Of a DNA stretch of 64,000 nt, positions 31,745 to 43,781 are shown piece by piece; the stretch's first letter is position 1; each line of letters begins with the position of its first letter. The position numbers and the translations under genes were made by a program. The DNA is taken from positions 1,856,001-1,920,000 of the forward strand of contig CAWKDB010000010.1 of assembly GCA_963848295.1 (NCBI GenBank), written 5' to 3'. Origin of the DNA: an uncultured delta proteobacterium. GTDB taxonomy: Bacteria; Myxococcota_A; Polyangia; Haliangiales; Haliangiaceae. The notes beneath the pieces were generated by a model, which was given only the letters and a program-made list of their open reading frames with translations, was not told the DNA's origin and did not search any database.

Positions 31745-34156
31745 CTAGCGCCGCGCCTTTTCGGCTTCGAGGATCGTCACGGTCGTCTTCATGACCGCGT
31801 CGGGGTTGAGCGAGATGCTGTCGATCCCCTGCTCGACGAGAAAGCGCGCGAACTCGGGGTAGTCGCTCGGGGCTTGCCCGCAGATGCCGACCTTGCGACC
31901 GGCCGCCTTCGACGCCTCGATGACCGAGGCGATGAGCGTCTTCACCGCGTCGTTCCGCTCGTCGAAGATGTGGGCGACGATCGCCGAGTCGCGGTCGACG
32001 CCGAGCGTGAGCTGGGTGAGGTCGTTCGATCCGATCGAGAAGCCGTCGAAGATCTGCGCGAATTGCTTCGCCAGGATCACGTTGCTCGGGATCTCGCACA
32101 TCACGTAGAGCTCGAGCCCGTTCTTGCCGCGCTCGAGGCCGTGCTTGGCCATCTCCACCGCGACGGCGCGGCCTTCCGCGACCGTCCGGCAGAACGGGAT
32201 CATGAGCTTCACGTTGGTGAGCCCCATGTCGTCACGCACCTTCTTCATGGCCCGGCACTCGAGCGCAAAGCCGGCCTGATAGCGCGGGTCGTAGTAGCGC
32301 GACGCCCCGCGGAACCCGATCATCGGGTTCTCCTCCACCGGCTCGTACGCTTTGCCGCCGACGAGGTTCGCGTACTCGTTCGACTTGAAGTCGCTCATCC
32401 GGACGATCACGTCCTTGGGGTAGAACGCGGCCGCGATCATCGCGACGCCCTGGGCGAGTTTGTCGACGAAGAAACCGGGCTTGTCGGCGTAACCGGCGGT
32501 CAGTCGATCGATCTCGGCCTTGACGCCCGCGTCATCGAGTCGGTCGTAGTCCAGCAGTGCCAGCGGATGGACCTTGATGTAATTGCTGATGATGAACTCT
32601 TCGCGCGCGAGGCCGACACCATCGTTGGGAATGAACGAGAGCGCGAATGCGTCCTCCGGGTTGCCGACGTTCATCATCACCTTCGTGTGCGGCCGCGCGA
32701 GCGCCTTCAGGTCGGTACGCTCGATCTCGAACGCAAGCTTCCCCTCATAGACGACGCCCTCGTCACCCCCGGCGCACGACACGGTGACGATCTGTCCATC
32801 CTTGAGGACCTCCGTACCCTGCTCGGTGCCGACCACGGCGGGAAGCCCGAGCTCGCGGCTCACGATCGCCGCATGGCACGTGCGGCCGCCGCGGTTCGTC
32901 ACGATCGCGGCGGCCTTCTTCATGATCGGCTCCCAATCGGGGTCGGTCTTGTCGGTGACCAGGACCTCGCCGTCCTTGAACTGCTGGAGGAACTGCGCGC
33001 TCTTGATCACGCGCACGGGACCGCTCGCGATCTTCTCGCCGACGCTCCGGCCCGTGACGAGGCTCTTTCCCTGCTCTTTTAGCTGGTAGGTCTCGAGGAC
33101 GTCTTGCGCCTTCCTCGACTCGACCGTCTCCGGTCGAGCCTGGACGACGAACAGCTCCCCGGTGCGCCCGTCCTTGGCCCACTCGATGTCCATCGGGCTC
33201 TCGTGGCCCTTCTTGTTCGAGTAGTGATCCTCGATCTCGCAGCCCCAGCGCGCGAGCGTGAGGATCTCGTCGTCGGCAAGCGCGAACCGAGCGCGGTCCT
33301 CGGGCGCTACCGGGATGTTCTTGACCATCTTGCCGCCGCCGACGTCGTAGACGAGCTTGAACTCCTTGTTGCCGAGGCTCTTCTGCAAGATGGGGCGGCT
33401 GCCGGTCTTGAGCGTCGGCTTGAACACGTAATACTCGTCGGGGTTCACCGAGCCCTGGACGACGTTCTCGCCGAGTCCGTACGAGGCGTTGATGAGGACC
33501 ACGTCCCGGAAGCCCGACTCGGTATCGATCGTGAACATCACGCCGGCGGCGGCGAGATCCGAGCGCACCATGCGCTGGATGCCGATGGACAGCGCGACCT
33601 TCGTATGGTCGAAGCCCTTGTCGGCGCGGTACGAGATCGCGCGGTCCGTAAACAGCGACGCGAAACACCGCTTGCAGCTCTCGATCAGCTCGCGATGACC
33701 CCGGACGTTGAGGTAGGTCTCCTGCTGTCCAGCAAAGCTCGCGTCGGGGAGATCCTCCGCGGTCGCGCTGCTTCGAACGGCGACGTCGACCGGCTCCGAG
33801 CTCTTGTCGCCGAGTCGATCGTACGCCTCGATGATCGCGCGCTCGAGCGCGTCCGGGAGCTCGGCCGCGAGGATCGCCTGCCGGACTTTGAGGCCGCGCG
33901 CGCGAAGATCGGCGAGGTCTCGCGTCTTCAAGCCGGCGAGGATGTCCTCGAGCTTGCGATCGAGCTCGGTCTCGCGAAGGAACTGGCGGTAGGCATCCGC
34001 CGTCGTCGCGAAGCCGTTCGGGACCTTGACGCCCCTCGGAGTGAGCTGCCGATACATCTCACCGAGCGAGGCGTTCTTGCCACCCACGTCCGGGACGTCC
34101 TCGATGCCGATCTCGCTGAACCAACGAACGAGCGCTGTCTTGCCGGTCTTCGTCAC
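31745..34156 (-). CDS. ppsA: Phosphoenolpyruvate synthase
   Basis: GGKNASLGE, RSSATAED, GGRTCHAAI, SIGSNDLTQ. Confidence 0.97.
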   Translation of the reverse strand: MTKTGKTALVRWFSEIGIEDVPDVGGKNASLGEMYRQLTPRGVKVPNGFATTADAYRQFLRETELDRKLEDILAGLKTRDLADLRARGLKVRQAILAAELPDALERAIIEAYDRLGDKSSEPVDVAVRSSATAEDLPDASFAGQQETYLNVRGHRELIESCKRCFASLFTDRAISYRADKGFDHTKVALSIGIQRMVRSDLAAAGVMFTIDTESGFRDVVLINASYGLGENVVQGSVNPDEYYVFKPTLKTGSRPILQKSLGNKEFKLVYDVGGGKMVKNIPVAPEDRARFALADDEILTLARWGCEIEDHYSNKKGHESPMDIEWAKDGRTGELFVVQARPETVESRKAQDVLETYQLKEQGKSLVTGRSVGEKIASGPVRVIKSAQFLQQFKDGEVLVTDKTDPDWEPIMKKAAAIVTNRGGRTCHAAIVSRELGLPAVVGTEQGTEVLKDGQIVTVSCAGGDEGVVYEGKLAFEIERTDLKALARPHTKVMMNVGNPEDAFALSFIPNDGVGLAREEFIISNYIKVHPLALLDYDRLDDAGVKAEIDRLTAGYADKPGFFVDKLAQGVAMIAAAFYPKDVIVRMSDFKSNEYANLVGGKAYEPVEENPMIGFRGASRYYDPRYQAGFALECRAMKKVRDDMGLTNVKLMIPFCRTVAEGRAVAVEMAKHGLERGKNGLELYVMCEIPSNVILAKQFAQIFDGFSIGSNDLTQLTLGVDRDSAIVAHIFDERNDAVKTLIASVIEASKAAGRKVGICGQAPSDYPEFARFLVEQGIDSISLNPDAVMKTTVTILEAEKARR

Positions 34157-34223
34157 GATGCGACCTCACGGTGAGCTGGATGAAGCGGCATCGATGACCG
34201 AGTCCGCTGACGCGATCACGAGT

Positions 34224-34239
34224 TGCAACGGCCGTGCCT
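34224..34239 (-). promoter_or_regulatory. sigma54 promoter (ppsA-nifJ-DHOD-like)
   Basis: AGGCACGGCCGTTGCA. Confidence 0.85.
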
Positions 34240-34308
34240 CGTATCTGGCCGGACCCGCTAGGTGACTACGAAAGCAACGGTTCGCTCATGGGACCGTGGC
34301 GCCTGGCG

Positions 34309-35250
34309 CTATGCGCTCGTTATCGCGATCTCGTTGTAGATCGCGGCAAGGGGTATCTGGTTCTCCAGGCACGCGCGCAAGCGCGTCTCGCTCGGCTTGC
34401 CACGCAGGCTCGCGAGCACTCGCGCCGGAGTCCCCCAGTCGTTCCATCCGACGTCGATCATCGTGACGAGCGCGAGCTCCGTCGCCAGCTGCAACAGGTC
34501 GCGGCTAAAATCTGCGGACGCCAGGCCGTCAAACGCCTCGCGGATCGACCCGCCGCCCGAGGCCCACGCAGCGAACCGCTCGGCATGCACCGGCAGGTGG
34601 GAACGGACGAGCTGATCGAGCGACGCGATCGGCGCCGCGAACACGAAGGTGTTCCATAGCCCACCGTCGCGCTGTAGGCGTGCTGCGAGCTCGCGGTCCG
34701 GCTTCTCGACGAAACCGTCGACCGTCATGACGCCCGGCCCGATCGCGGTGCCGGGGACGATCCATCCGTAGTCCGGATCGGGCGCATCGGGCGTGGTCCC
34801 GACCAACACGACGCGATCGAGCTGCCGGCTCGCCGAGGCCGCGGCTCGCGCGGCGTTCAGGAAGCCGCATTCGTCAGCGACATAGTGGTCGCTCGGGAAC
34901 ACCAGGACGTTGCCCGCGTGATCGTGAGCTCGGATCCACGCGACGCCGTAAAGGATCGCGACGGCGGTGCCGAGGCTGGCAGGCTGAATCAGCAGCGTGA
35001 CCCCGTCGAACGCTTCGAGTTGCGCGCGCGCGAGCGCGGTGTGTTTCGGGCCGACCACCACGACGATGCGGTCGCGCGGCACGATCTGCTCGACGCGTGC
35101 GACGGTCTCCTGGAGCATCGAGCGGGCGCCGTCGAGCGCAGCGAACTGCTTGGGCATCGGCTGCCCGTAGAGCGCGGAAGTAAGGGAGGCCAGCCGCGTT
35201 CCCTCGCCGCCTGCAAGGATCACTGCCCAGGTTCGCTCGTCGTTCGTCAT
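34309..35250 (-). CDS. Sugar-phosphate nucleotidyltransferase (mannose-1-P guanylyltransferase-like)
   Basis: LAGGEGTRL, PKQF, PSDH, YGWI, FVEKP, WNDWG. Confidence 0.9.
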   Translation of the reverse strand: MTNDERTWAVILAGGEGTRLASLTSALYGQPMPKQFAALDGARSMLQETVARVEQIVPRDRIVVVVGPKHTALARAQLEAFDGVTLLIQPASLGTAVAILYGVAWIRAHDHAGNVLVFPSDHYVADECGFLNAARAAASASRQLDRVVLVGTTPDAPDPDYGWIVPGTAIGPGVMTVDGFVEKPDRELAARLQRDGGLWNTFVFAAPIASLDQLVRSHLPVHAERFAAWASGGGSIREAFDGLASADFSRDLLQLATELALVTMIDVGWNDWGTPARVLASLRGKPSETRLRACLENQIPLAAIYNEIAITSA

Positions 35251-35269
35251 CGGTGCTTGCTCGGAACAC

Positions 35270-35358
35270 AGCAAGCCGCGATCCAGCGTGTATCTCGTCA
35301 GCCGGATCGTTCACGCGCAAATCTAGCGGGCGGGGTACTCTAGCCCGCGGCGATTGCG
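35270..35358 (-). promoter_or_regulatory. sigma54 promoter plus paired near-palindromes
   Basis: TGGATCGCGGCTTGCT 35270-35285; CGCAAATCTAGCG 35316 and CGCGGCGATTGCG 35346. Confidence 0.7.
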
Positions 35359-35419
35359 CGCTCCCGGCGACACGCAAACCGATCACGCCGAACCCTAGGT
35401 CAAACGTGCCGCGTTGCGC

Positions 35420-35435
35420 GGGCACGACACCTGCA
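35420..35435 (+). promoter_or_regulatory. sigma54 promoter (glgP)
   Basis: GGGCACGACACCTGCA. Confidence 0.7.
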
Positions 35436-35482
35436 CTTCACACGTCGCCGCCGGCACGTGCAGATCGCCGTTCGAGCAAGCC

Positions 35483-38032
35483 ATGCTTCACGCTCACACG
35501 CGCGTCGGCCACCCGATCTACAATCTCCTGCCCACGCACATCGAGGGCTTCGATTCACTGGCGGACCTCGCCCTGGACCTGCGCTGGTCGTGGAGTCACG
35601 CCACCGACGAAGTCTGGCGGCAGCTCGATCACGAGCTGTGGGAGCGCACGCACAATCCGTGGGTCGTCCTGCAAACCGTCTCGCGCGATCGAATCGAGCG
35701 TGTGCTGGCTGACCCGATGTTCCGCAAGCAGGTCGATAGTCTCGTCGAAGCGACTCGTCAGGCGGCCGAAGCGCCGGCCTGGTTTCAGCGGGCTCATGCG
35801 AACTCCCCGCTGACGTGCACTGCGTATTTCAGCATGGAGTTCATGTTGAGCGATGCGCTGCCGGTCTACGCCGGTGGGCTCGGCAACGTGGCCGGTGATC
35901 AACTCAAAGCCGCCAGCGATCTCGGCGTGCCGGTGGTCGGCGTCGGCCTGCTGTATCAGCAAGGCTACTTCCGACAGGTGATCGACAAGAATGGAGAGCA
36001 ACGGGCCCTGTTCCCGTACAACGATCCCGGACAGCTTCCGATCACGCCATTGCGCCAGCCCAACGGCGAGTGGTTGCGACTAGAGATCGCCCTCCCTGGA
36101 TACTCGGTGTGGCTGCGCGCCTGGCAGGTCCAAGTCGGCAGAGTGAAGCTGTATCTGCTCGACACCAATGACGCGACGAATTTTCCGGCGCATCGGGGAA
36201 TCACGAGCGCGCTCTACGGCGATGGACAGGAGTTGCGTCTCGCGCAGGAGCTGCTCCTCGGGATCGGTGGATGGCGACTACTCCGCACGCTCGGGCTCAG
36301 ACCAGAGGTCTGTCATCTCAATGAAGGGCATGCGGCGTTCGTGGTGGTGGAGCGTGCCCGCACGTTCATGGAGGATACAGGGCAGCCGTTCGACGTCGCG
36401 CTGGCCGTTACTCGAGCGGGGAACCTGTTCACGACCCACACCGCGGTGGCCGCTGGGTTCGACCGTTTCGCTCCAGACATGATCGAGCGATATCTCGGTC
36501 GTTATGCGGAGCAGAGGCTCGGCATCACATGCCACGAGCTGCTGGCCCTGGGCCGCCAGAATCCGAACGACTCGTCGGAGAGCTTCAACATGGCCTATCT
36601 GTCGATTCGCGGCAGCGGGGCCGTGAACGCCGTGAGTCGGCTCCACGGGAACGTCAGCCGACAGCTGTTCGAGCCGTTGTTCCCTCGATGGCCGATCGAC
36701 GAAGTGCCCGTCGGGCACGTGACCAACGGGGTTCACGTGCCGACCTGGGACTCGGTGGCAGCCGACGATCTCTGGACGCGAGCCTGTGGCAAACACCGCT
36801 GGTTGGAGCCCACGGATCCCCTCGAGCAAAAGATTCGCGGCCTTTCCAATGCCGCGCTCTGGCAATCGCGCACCGCCGCCCGCGAGACTCTGATCGTGTA
36901 CGCGCGCGAGCGGTTAGCGAGACAACTCGCGGCGTCCGGCGCATCGCGCGACGAGCTCGACCAGGTGAAGCAGTTGTTCGATCCCCGTGCGTTGACGCTG
37001 GGCTTCGCGCGCCGCTTCGCGACCTACAAGCGACCGAACCTGCTGCTGCATGACCGGCAGCGACTGCTGCGTTTGTTGGCCGACTCCCAGCGCCCCGTTC
37101 AGCTCATCATCGCCGGTAAGGCGCATCCCGCGGATCAGGCGGGGCAGGATCTGATCCGGGAATGGATCCACTTCATCCGCCAACCCGAGACGCGCCCCCA
37201 CGTGATCTTCCTCGGTGACTACGACATGCTCGTGTCCGAGCACCTCGTTCAAGGCGTGGACGTCTGGATCAATACGCCGCGCCGGCCGTGGGAAGCGTGT
37301 GGAACCAGCGGCATGAAGGTGCTCGTCAACGGGGGCTTGAACTTGTCGGAGCTGGACGGCTGGTGGGCGGAGGCGTATGCGCCCGACATCGGGTGGGCGT
37401 TGGGGGACGGCCGCGAACACGGTGAGGATCCCGCATGGGATGCCGCCGAGGCAGACGCGCTGTACGGCCTGCTCGAGCGAGAGGTGATTCCCGAGTTCTA
37501 TACCCGCGACGCACAGGACATCCCCACGGCCTGGGTCGCCCGGATGAGGGAGAGCATGGCGCGGTTGACTCCGCAATTCTCGACGAACCGGGTGGTCCGC
37601 GAATACGCCGAGCAACACTATCTGCCGGCGGCAACCGAGTACCGAGCGCGCGCGGCCGACAACGGCGCAGGTGGCAGAGCCATCGTCAGCTGGGAGCGTA
37701 CGTTGAAGGACAAGTGGAGCGGGCTACGTTTCGGCGGGGTCACGGTCGAGACGACCTCGACGCAGCACCTCTTCGAGGTGGAAGTGTCCCTGGGCGATAT
37801 CGATCCGAGCATCGTGCGAGTCGAGCTGTATGCCGACGGGATCGACGGCAGCGGTCCGATCCGGCAGGAGATGACCCACGTCCCGGAGCCGGCCCGCGAA
37901 CGAGTCGGGCGGGTCTATCGAGCGTCGGTTTCGGCGACCCGCTTCGCAACTGACTATACGCCGCGCATCATCCCGCATTACCCCGGCGTAGCGGTACCGC
38001 TGGAGGTCGCTCCCATTCTCTGGCGGCAGTGA
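35483..38032 (+). CDS. glgP: Alpha-glucan (glycogen) phosphorylase
   Basis: YFSMEF, GGLG, HLNEGH, ARRFATYKR, EACGTSGMK. Confidence 0.96.
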   Translation: MLHAHTRVGHPIYNLLPTHIEGFDSLADLALDLRWSWSHATDEVWRQLDHELWERTHNPWVVLQTVSRDRIERVLADPMFRKQVDSLVEATRQAAEAPAWFQRAHANSPLTCTAYFSMEFMLSDALPVYAGGLGNVAGDQLKAASDLGVPVVGVGLLYQQGYFRQVIDKNGEQRALFPYNDPGQLPITPLRQPNGEWLRLEIALPGYSVWLRAWQVQVGRVKLYLLDTNDATNFPAHRGITSALYGDGQELRLAQELLLGIGGWRLLRTLGLRPEVCHLNEGHAAFVVVERARTFMEDTGQPFDVALAVTRAGNLFTTHTAVAAGFDRFAPDMIERYLGRYAEQRLGITCHELLALGRQNPNDSSESFNMAYLSIRGSGAVNAVSRLHGNVSRQLFEPLFPRWPIDEVPVGHVTNGVHVPTWDSVAADDLWTRACGKHRWLEPTDPLEQKIRGLSNAALWQSRTAARETLIVYARERLARQLAASGASRDELDQVKQLFDPRALTLGFARRFATYKRPNLLLHDRQRLLRLLADSQRPVQLIIAGKAHPADQAGQDLIREWIHFIRQPETRPHVIFLGDYDMLVSEHLVQGVDVWINTPRRPWEACGTSGMKVLVNGGLNLSELDGWWAEAYAPDIGWALGDGREHGEDPAWDAAEADALYGLLEREVIPEFYTRDAQDIPTAWVARMRESMARLTPQFSTNRVVREYAEQHYLPAATEYRARAADNGAGGRAIVSWERTLKDKWSGLRFGGVTVETTSTQHLFEVEVSLGDIDPSIVRVELYADGIDGSGPIRQEMTHVPEPARERVGRVYRASVSATRFATDYTPRIIPHYPGVAVPLEVAPILWRQ

Positions 38033-38120
38033 TCGCGCACACGGTTCGAGCGACATCGTCGATCTTTTGAACTCTCGCCGTCACGGCCCAGAGCCGCTGC
38101 CCGGAGCAGCGACATGCGCA

Positions 38121-38136
38121 CGGCATGGTCGATGCA
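38121..38136 (+). promoter_or_regulatory. sigma54 promoter (N-ATPase operon)
   Basis: CGGCATGGTCGATGCA; ATG 38149 at 14 nt. Confidence 0.8.
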
Positions 38137-38148
38137 AGCGATGCTCTT

Positions 38149-40147
<1,999 letters not shown>

Positions 40148-40155
<8 letters not shown>

Positions 40156-40474
40156 CGAACCGACCAAGCAACCCGCGAAGAGCGCGCCGACGCTCGCCGA
40201 GCAGGTCGGCGCGAAGGCGGCGCGCAAGCTCAAGGCGCGGCGGAACACGCACGGCGTCTGGTTCGGCCTGGGCATGATGGGCCTCATCGGCTGGTCGGTC
40301 GCGCTCCCGACGCTGCTCGGCGCGGCGCTCGGATACTGGCTGGATCGCCGCCACGCCGGCGAGCATTCGTGGACGCTGGCGCTGCTGGTGGCCGGGCTCG
40401 TGCTCGGCTGTTTCAATGCGTGGCATTGGATCGCCAAAGAAGACAAGGCGATGGGGGAGGATGACGATGAGTGA
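40148..40474 (+). CDS. atpQ: N-ATPase AtpQ (AtpZ/AtpI-like)
   Basis: GLGMMGLIGWSV, two TM helices; operon position. Confidence 0.85.
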
Positions 40475-40763
40475 ACCGGTGGCGCTCGTGCTCGCGTGGG
40501 CGGCTGGAAGCGGGCTCGGTGCGATCTTCTTCGGCGGCCTCTGGTGGACGGTTCGCAAGGGCGTTACGGCCAACCAGCCCGCGCTGTGGTTCTTCGGCAG
40601 CTTGCTCGTACGGATGGGCGTTGCCCTGGCCGGCTTCTACGTCGTCTCCGGAGGCCATCTGGATCGGTTGCTCGCGTGTCTCTTTGGATTTGTCGTGGCA
40701 CGCCCGGTCGTGACATGGCTGACGCGAACGCGACCGGCACCGGAGGCGGGCCATGCACCTTAG
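40467..40763 (+). CDS. atpR: N-ATPase AtpR
   Basis: FFGGLWWTV, SLLVR, GFVVAR. Confidence 0.85.
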   Translation: MSEPVALVLAWAAGSGLGAIFFGGLWWTVRKGVTANQPALWFFGSLLVRMGVALAGFYVVSGGHLDRLLACLFGFVVARPVVTWLTRTRPAPEAGHAP

Positions 40764-41442
40764 TGCCGATCAGATGATCTTCTGGCACCACGGGGTCCTG
40801 AAGCTCAATGGAACGATCGTGTTCACGTGGGGACTGATGTTCGTGCTGGTCGTCGGCTCGAAGCTCATCACACGCAGGTTATCCACGGAGCTAGAGCGTT
40901 CTCGCTGGCAGAACCTGCTGGAGATGATCGTCATCAACATCGAGACGCAGATCGAAGAGGTCGGCCTCCCCCATCCCGAGAAGTATCTCGGCTTTCTGGG
41001 CACGCTCCTGTTGTTCCTCGCCACGGCCAACCTGTTCACCGTCATCCCCGGCTACCAGCCGCCGACCGGCTCGCTCTCGACCACCGCCGCACTCGCGCTG
41101 TGCGTGTTCGTCGCCGTGCCTTGGTTCGGCATCAAGGAGCAGGGGCTCGGCGACTACCTCAAGTCGTACGTCGAGCCGACGTTCATCATGCTTCCGTTCA
41201 ACATCATCAGCGAGGTCTCCCGCACCCTGGCTCTGGCCGTGCGCCTGTTCGGCAACATGATGAGCGGCGTGATGATCATCGGCATTCTGCTCACCATCAC
41301 TCCATTCATCTTCCCGATCGTCATGACGACGCTCGGTCTGCTGACTGGCATGGTGCAGGCTTACATCTTCAGCATCCTCGCGGCGGTCTACATCGCCGCC
41401 GCGACAAGCGCGCGCAGACCGAAGCGTGCCGTCAAGACGTGA
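40753..41442 (+). CDS. atpB: Fo subunit a
   Basis: SRTLALAVRLFGN, QAYIF. Confidence 0.95.
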   Translation: MHLSADQMIFWHHGVLKLNGTIVFTWGLMFVLVVGSKLITRRLSTELERSRWQNLLEMIVINIETQIEEVGLPHPEKYLGFLGTLLLFLATANLFTVIPGYQPPTGSLSTTAALALCVFVAVPWFGIKEQGLGDYLKSYVEPTFIMLPFNIISEVSRTLALAVRLFGNMMSGVMIIGILLTITPFIFPIVMTTLGLLTGMVQAYIFSILAAVYIAAATSARRPKRAVKT

Positions 41443-41471
41443 ACCGACACGAGTGACCGAGAGGACAAACC

Positions 41472-41753
41472 ATGGACAACATGACAATCATCGCGGTGGC
41501 ATCCATTGTCATCGCCGGCATGACGATCGCGGTCGGCAGTCTCGGGCCCGCGCTGGCGGAAGGCAGGGCGGTCGCGACGGCGTTGAGCTCGCTCGCCCAG
41601 CAGCCGGATGCGTCCAAGACGATCACGCGGACCTTGTTCGTGGGTCTAGCGATGATCGAGTCGCTGGCCATCTATTGCTTTGTGGTCGCGATGATCCTGA
41701 TCTTTGCCAATCCGTTCTGGAATCACGTCATCTCCCAGACTGCGCCGAAGTGA
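41472..41753 (+). CDS. atpE: Fo subunit c (N-type, two Glu)
   Basis: PALAEG, QQP loop, IESLAIY. Confidence 0.95.
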   Translation: MDNMTIIAVASIVIAGMTIAVGSLGPALAEGRAVATALSSLAQQPDASKTITRTLFVGLAMIESLAIYCFVVAMILIFANPFWNHVISQTAPK

Positions 41754-41756
41754 CTC

Positions 41757-42563
41757 GTGCTGATCGACTGGTACACCGTCGGCGCGCAGGCGCTCAACTT
41801 CGTCATCCTCGTGTGGTTGATGAAGCACTTCCTGTACAAGCCCGTGCTCCGCGCCATCGACACGCGCGAGAAGCTGATCGCCACCGAGCTCGCAGATGCC
41901 GCCGCGAAGGAGGCCGAGGCCCATAAGGAGCGTGACGAATTCCAGCACAAGAACGAGGAGCTCGACCGGCAGCGCGTGGCGCTGTTGAAGAAGGCGTCCG
42001 ACGATGCCAACGCGGAACGCCACCGGCTTCTCGACCATGCCCGCCGGGCAGCCGACGCGCTGAGAGCGAAGCAACAGGCCGCGCTGCGGGACGACGCCAG
42101 GAGCCTCCAAGAAGCCATCCAGCGCCGGACGCAGCACGAGGTCTTTGCCATCGCACGAAAGGCGCTGACAGATCTCGCCGCGACGGGTCTCGAGGAACGG
42201 TTCGCCGCCGTATTCACTCGCCGGTTGCGAGAGCTGGACGGCGCGACGAAAACCGATCTCGCCAAGGGCATCAAGGCGGCGTCCGACTCCGCGCTCGTTC
42301 GCAGCGCGTTCGAGCTGCCCGCCGATCAGCGCGCGGTGATCCAGAACGCGCTCAACGAGACGTTCTCCGCCGATATCCATGTCCGGTTCGAGACCGCGCC
42401 GGATCTCGTCAGCGGGATCGAGCTCGCCACGAATGGCCAGAAAGTCGGCTGGACCATCGCCGAGTACCTTGGTTCGCTCGAACGGGGCGTGGACGAGCTC
42501 TTGAAGGAGAACGCGAAGACCGAGATCAAAGCCGAGCCCACGCCGGAAGCCAAGAGCGAATGA
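41757..42563 (+). CDS. atpF: Fo subunit b with delta-like C-terminus
   Basis: [16 protein letters not shown], coiled coil, PDLVSGIEL; no separate atpH. Confidence 0.92.
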   Translation: MLIDWYTVGAQALNFVILVWLMKHFLYKPVLRAIDTREKLIATELADAAAKEAEAHKERDEFQHKNEELDRQRVALLKKASDDANAERHRLLDHARRAADALRAKQQAALRDDARSLQEAIQRRTQHEVFAIARKALTDLAATGLEERFAAVFTRRLRELDGATKTDLAKGIKAASDSALVRSAFELPADQRAVIQNALNETFSADIHVRFETAPDLVSGIELATNGQKVGWTIAEYLGSLERGVDELLKENAKTEIKAEPTPEAKSE

Positions 42564-43781
42564 ACAGCACGCCTGACAGCTTGCAGAGCGTCTTCGACCG
42601 CGCGTTCGCCGAGATCGCGGAGGTGCGCCACGCCTTCACGCCGCAGCTGACGCCACGCGAGGTGGGCAGGATCACCAGCATCGCAACCGGGATCGCGAAG
42701 GTCTCCGGCCTTCCCGGCGTGGGCTTCGAGGAGCTCGTGAAGTTTTCCGGCGGCGTGTTCGGGATCGCGTTCAACGTGGACGAGGACGAGATCGGCGTCG
42801 TCCTGCTTGGCGACTACTGGCATCTACACGCCGGCGACGAGGTCGAGCGCACCGGCCGGGTCATGGACGTGGCCGTCGGCAATGGCTTGGTGGGACGCGT
42901 CATCGACCCGCTCGGTCGGCCACTCGATGGCAAGGGACCGGTGGTTTCCAGCAAGCGCCTGCCGATCGAACGCCCGGCGGCCCACATCATGGATCGCGCG
43001 CCGGTCACGGTGCCGCTTCAGAGCGGCTTGAAGGTCATCGACGCCCTTATTCCGATCGGGCGCGGCCAGCGCGAGCTGATCCTGGGTGACCGGCAGACGG
43101 GCAAGACTGCCATCGCGATCGACACGATTCTGAACCAGCGTGGCCGGGACGTCGCGTGCGTTTACTGCGCCATTGGTCAGCGCGCTGCCGCCGTGGCGAA
43201 AGTCGTGGCGATGCTGCGGGAGAAGGGCGCGATGGATTACACGGTCGTGGTCGTGACCGAGGGCAACGACCCGCCGGGTCTCGCATACATCGCTCCATAC
43301 GCCGCGACGAGCATCGCGGAGCATTTCATGGAAGCGGGACGCGACGTGCTGATCGTCTACGACGACCTCACGCAGCACGCCCGGGCGTACCGCGAGCTCT
43401 CCCTCCTGCTCCGCCGTCCACCGGGGCGCGAGGCGTTCCCCGGCGACATCTTCTACATCCACTCGCGCCTGCTCGAACGCGCCACTTGTCTCTGTCCGGA
43501 GCTCGGTGGTGGCTCGCTGACCGCGCTGCCGATCATCGAGACCGAAGCGCAGAACATCTCCGCGTACATTCCGACCAACCTGATCTCCATCACGGACGGG
43601 CAGATCTACCTGTCACCCTCGCTGTTCGAGCTTGGAGTCCTGCCCGCGGTCGATGTCGCCAAGTCCGTCTCGCGCGTCGGCGGCAAGGCACAGCGAGCGG
43701 CGTACCGCGCCGTCGCGGGCGACCTAAAGCTCGCCTACGCGCAGTTCGAGGAGCTCGAGACGTTCGCGCGGTTCGGCGCCC
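42560..43781 (+). pseudogene. atpA: atpA 5' part, interrupted by IS
   Basis: [18 protein letters not shown]; homology stops at FARFGA. Confidence 0.93.
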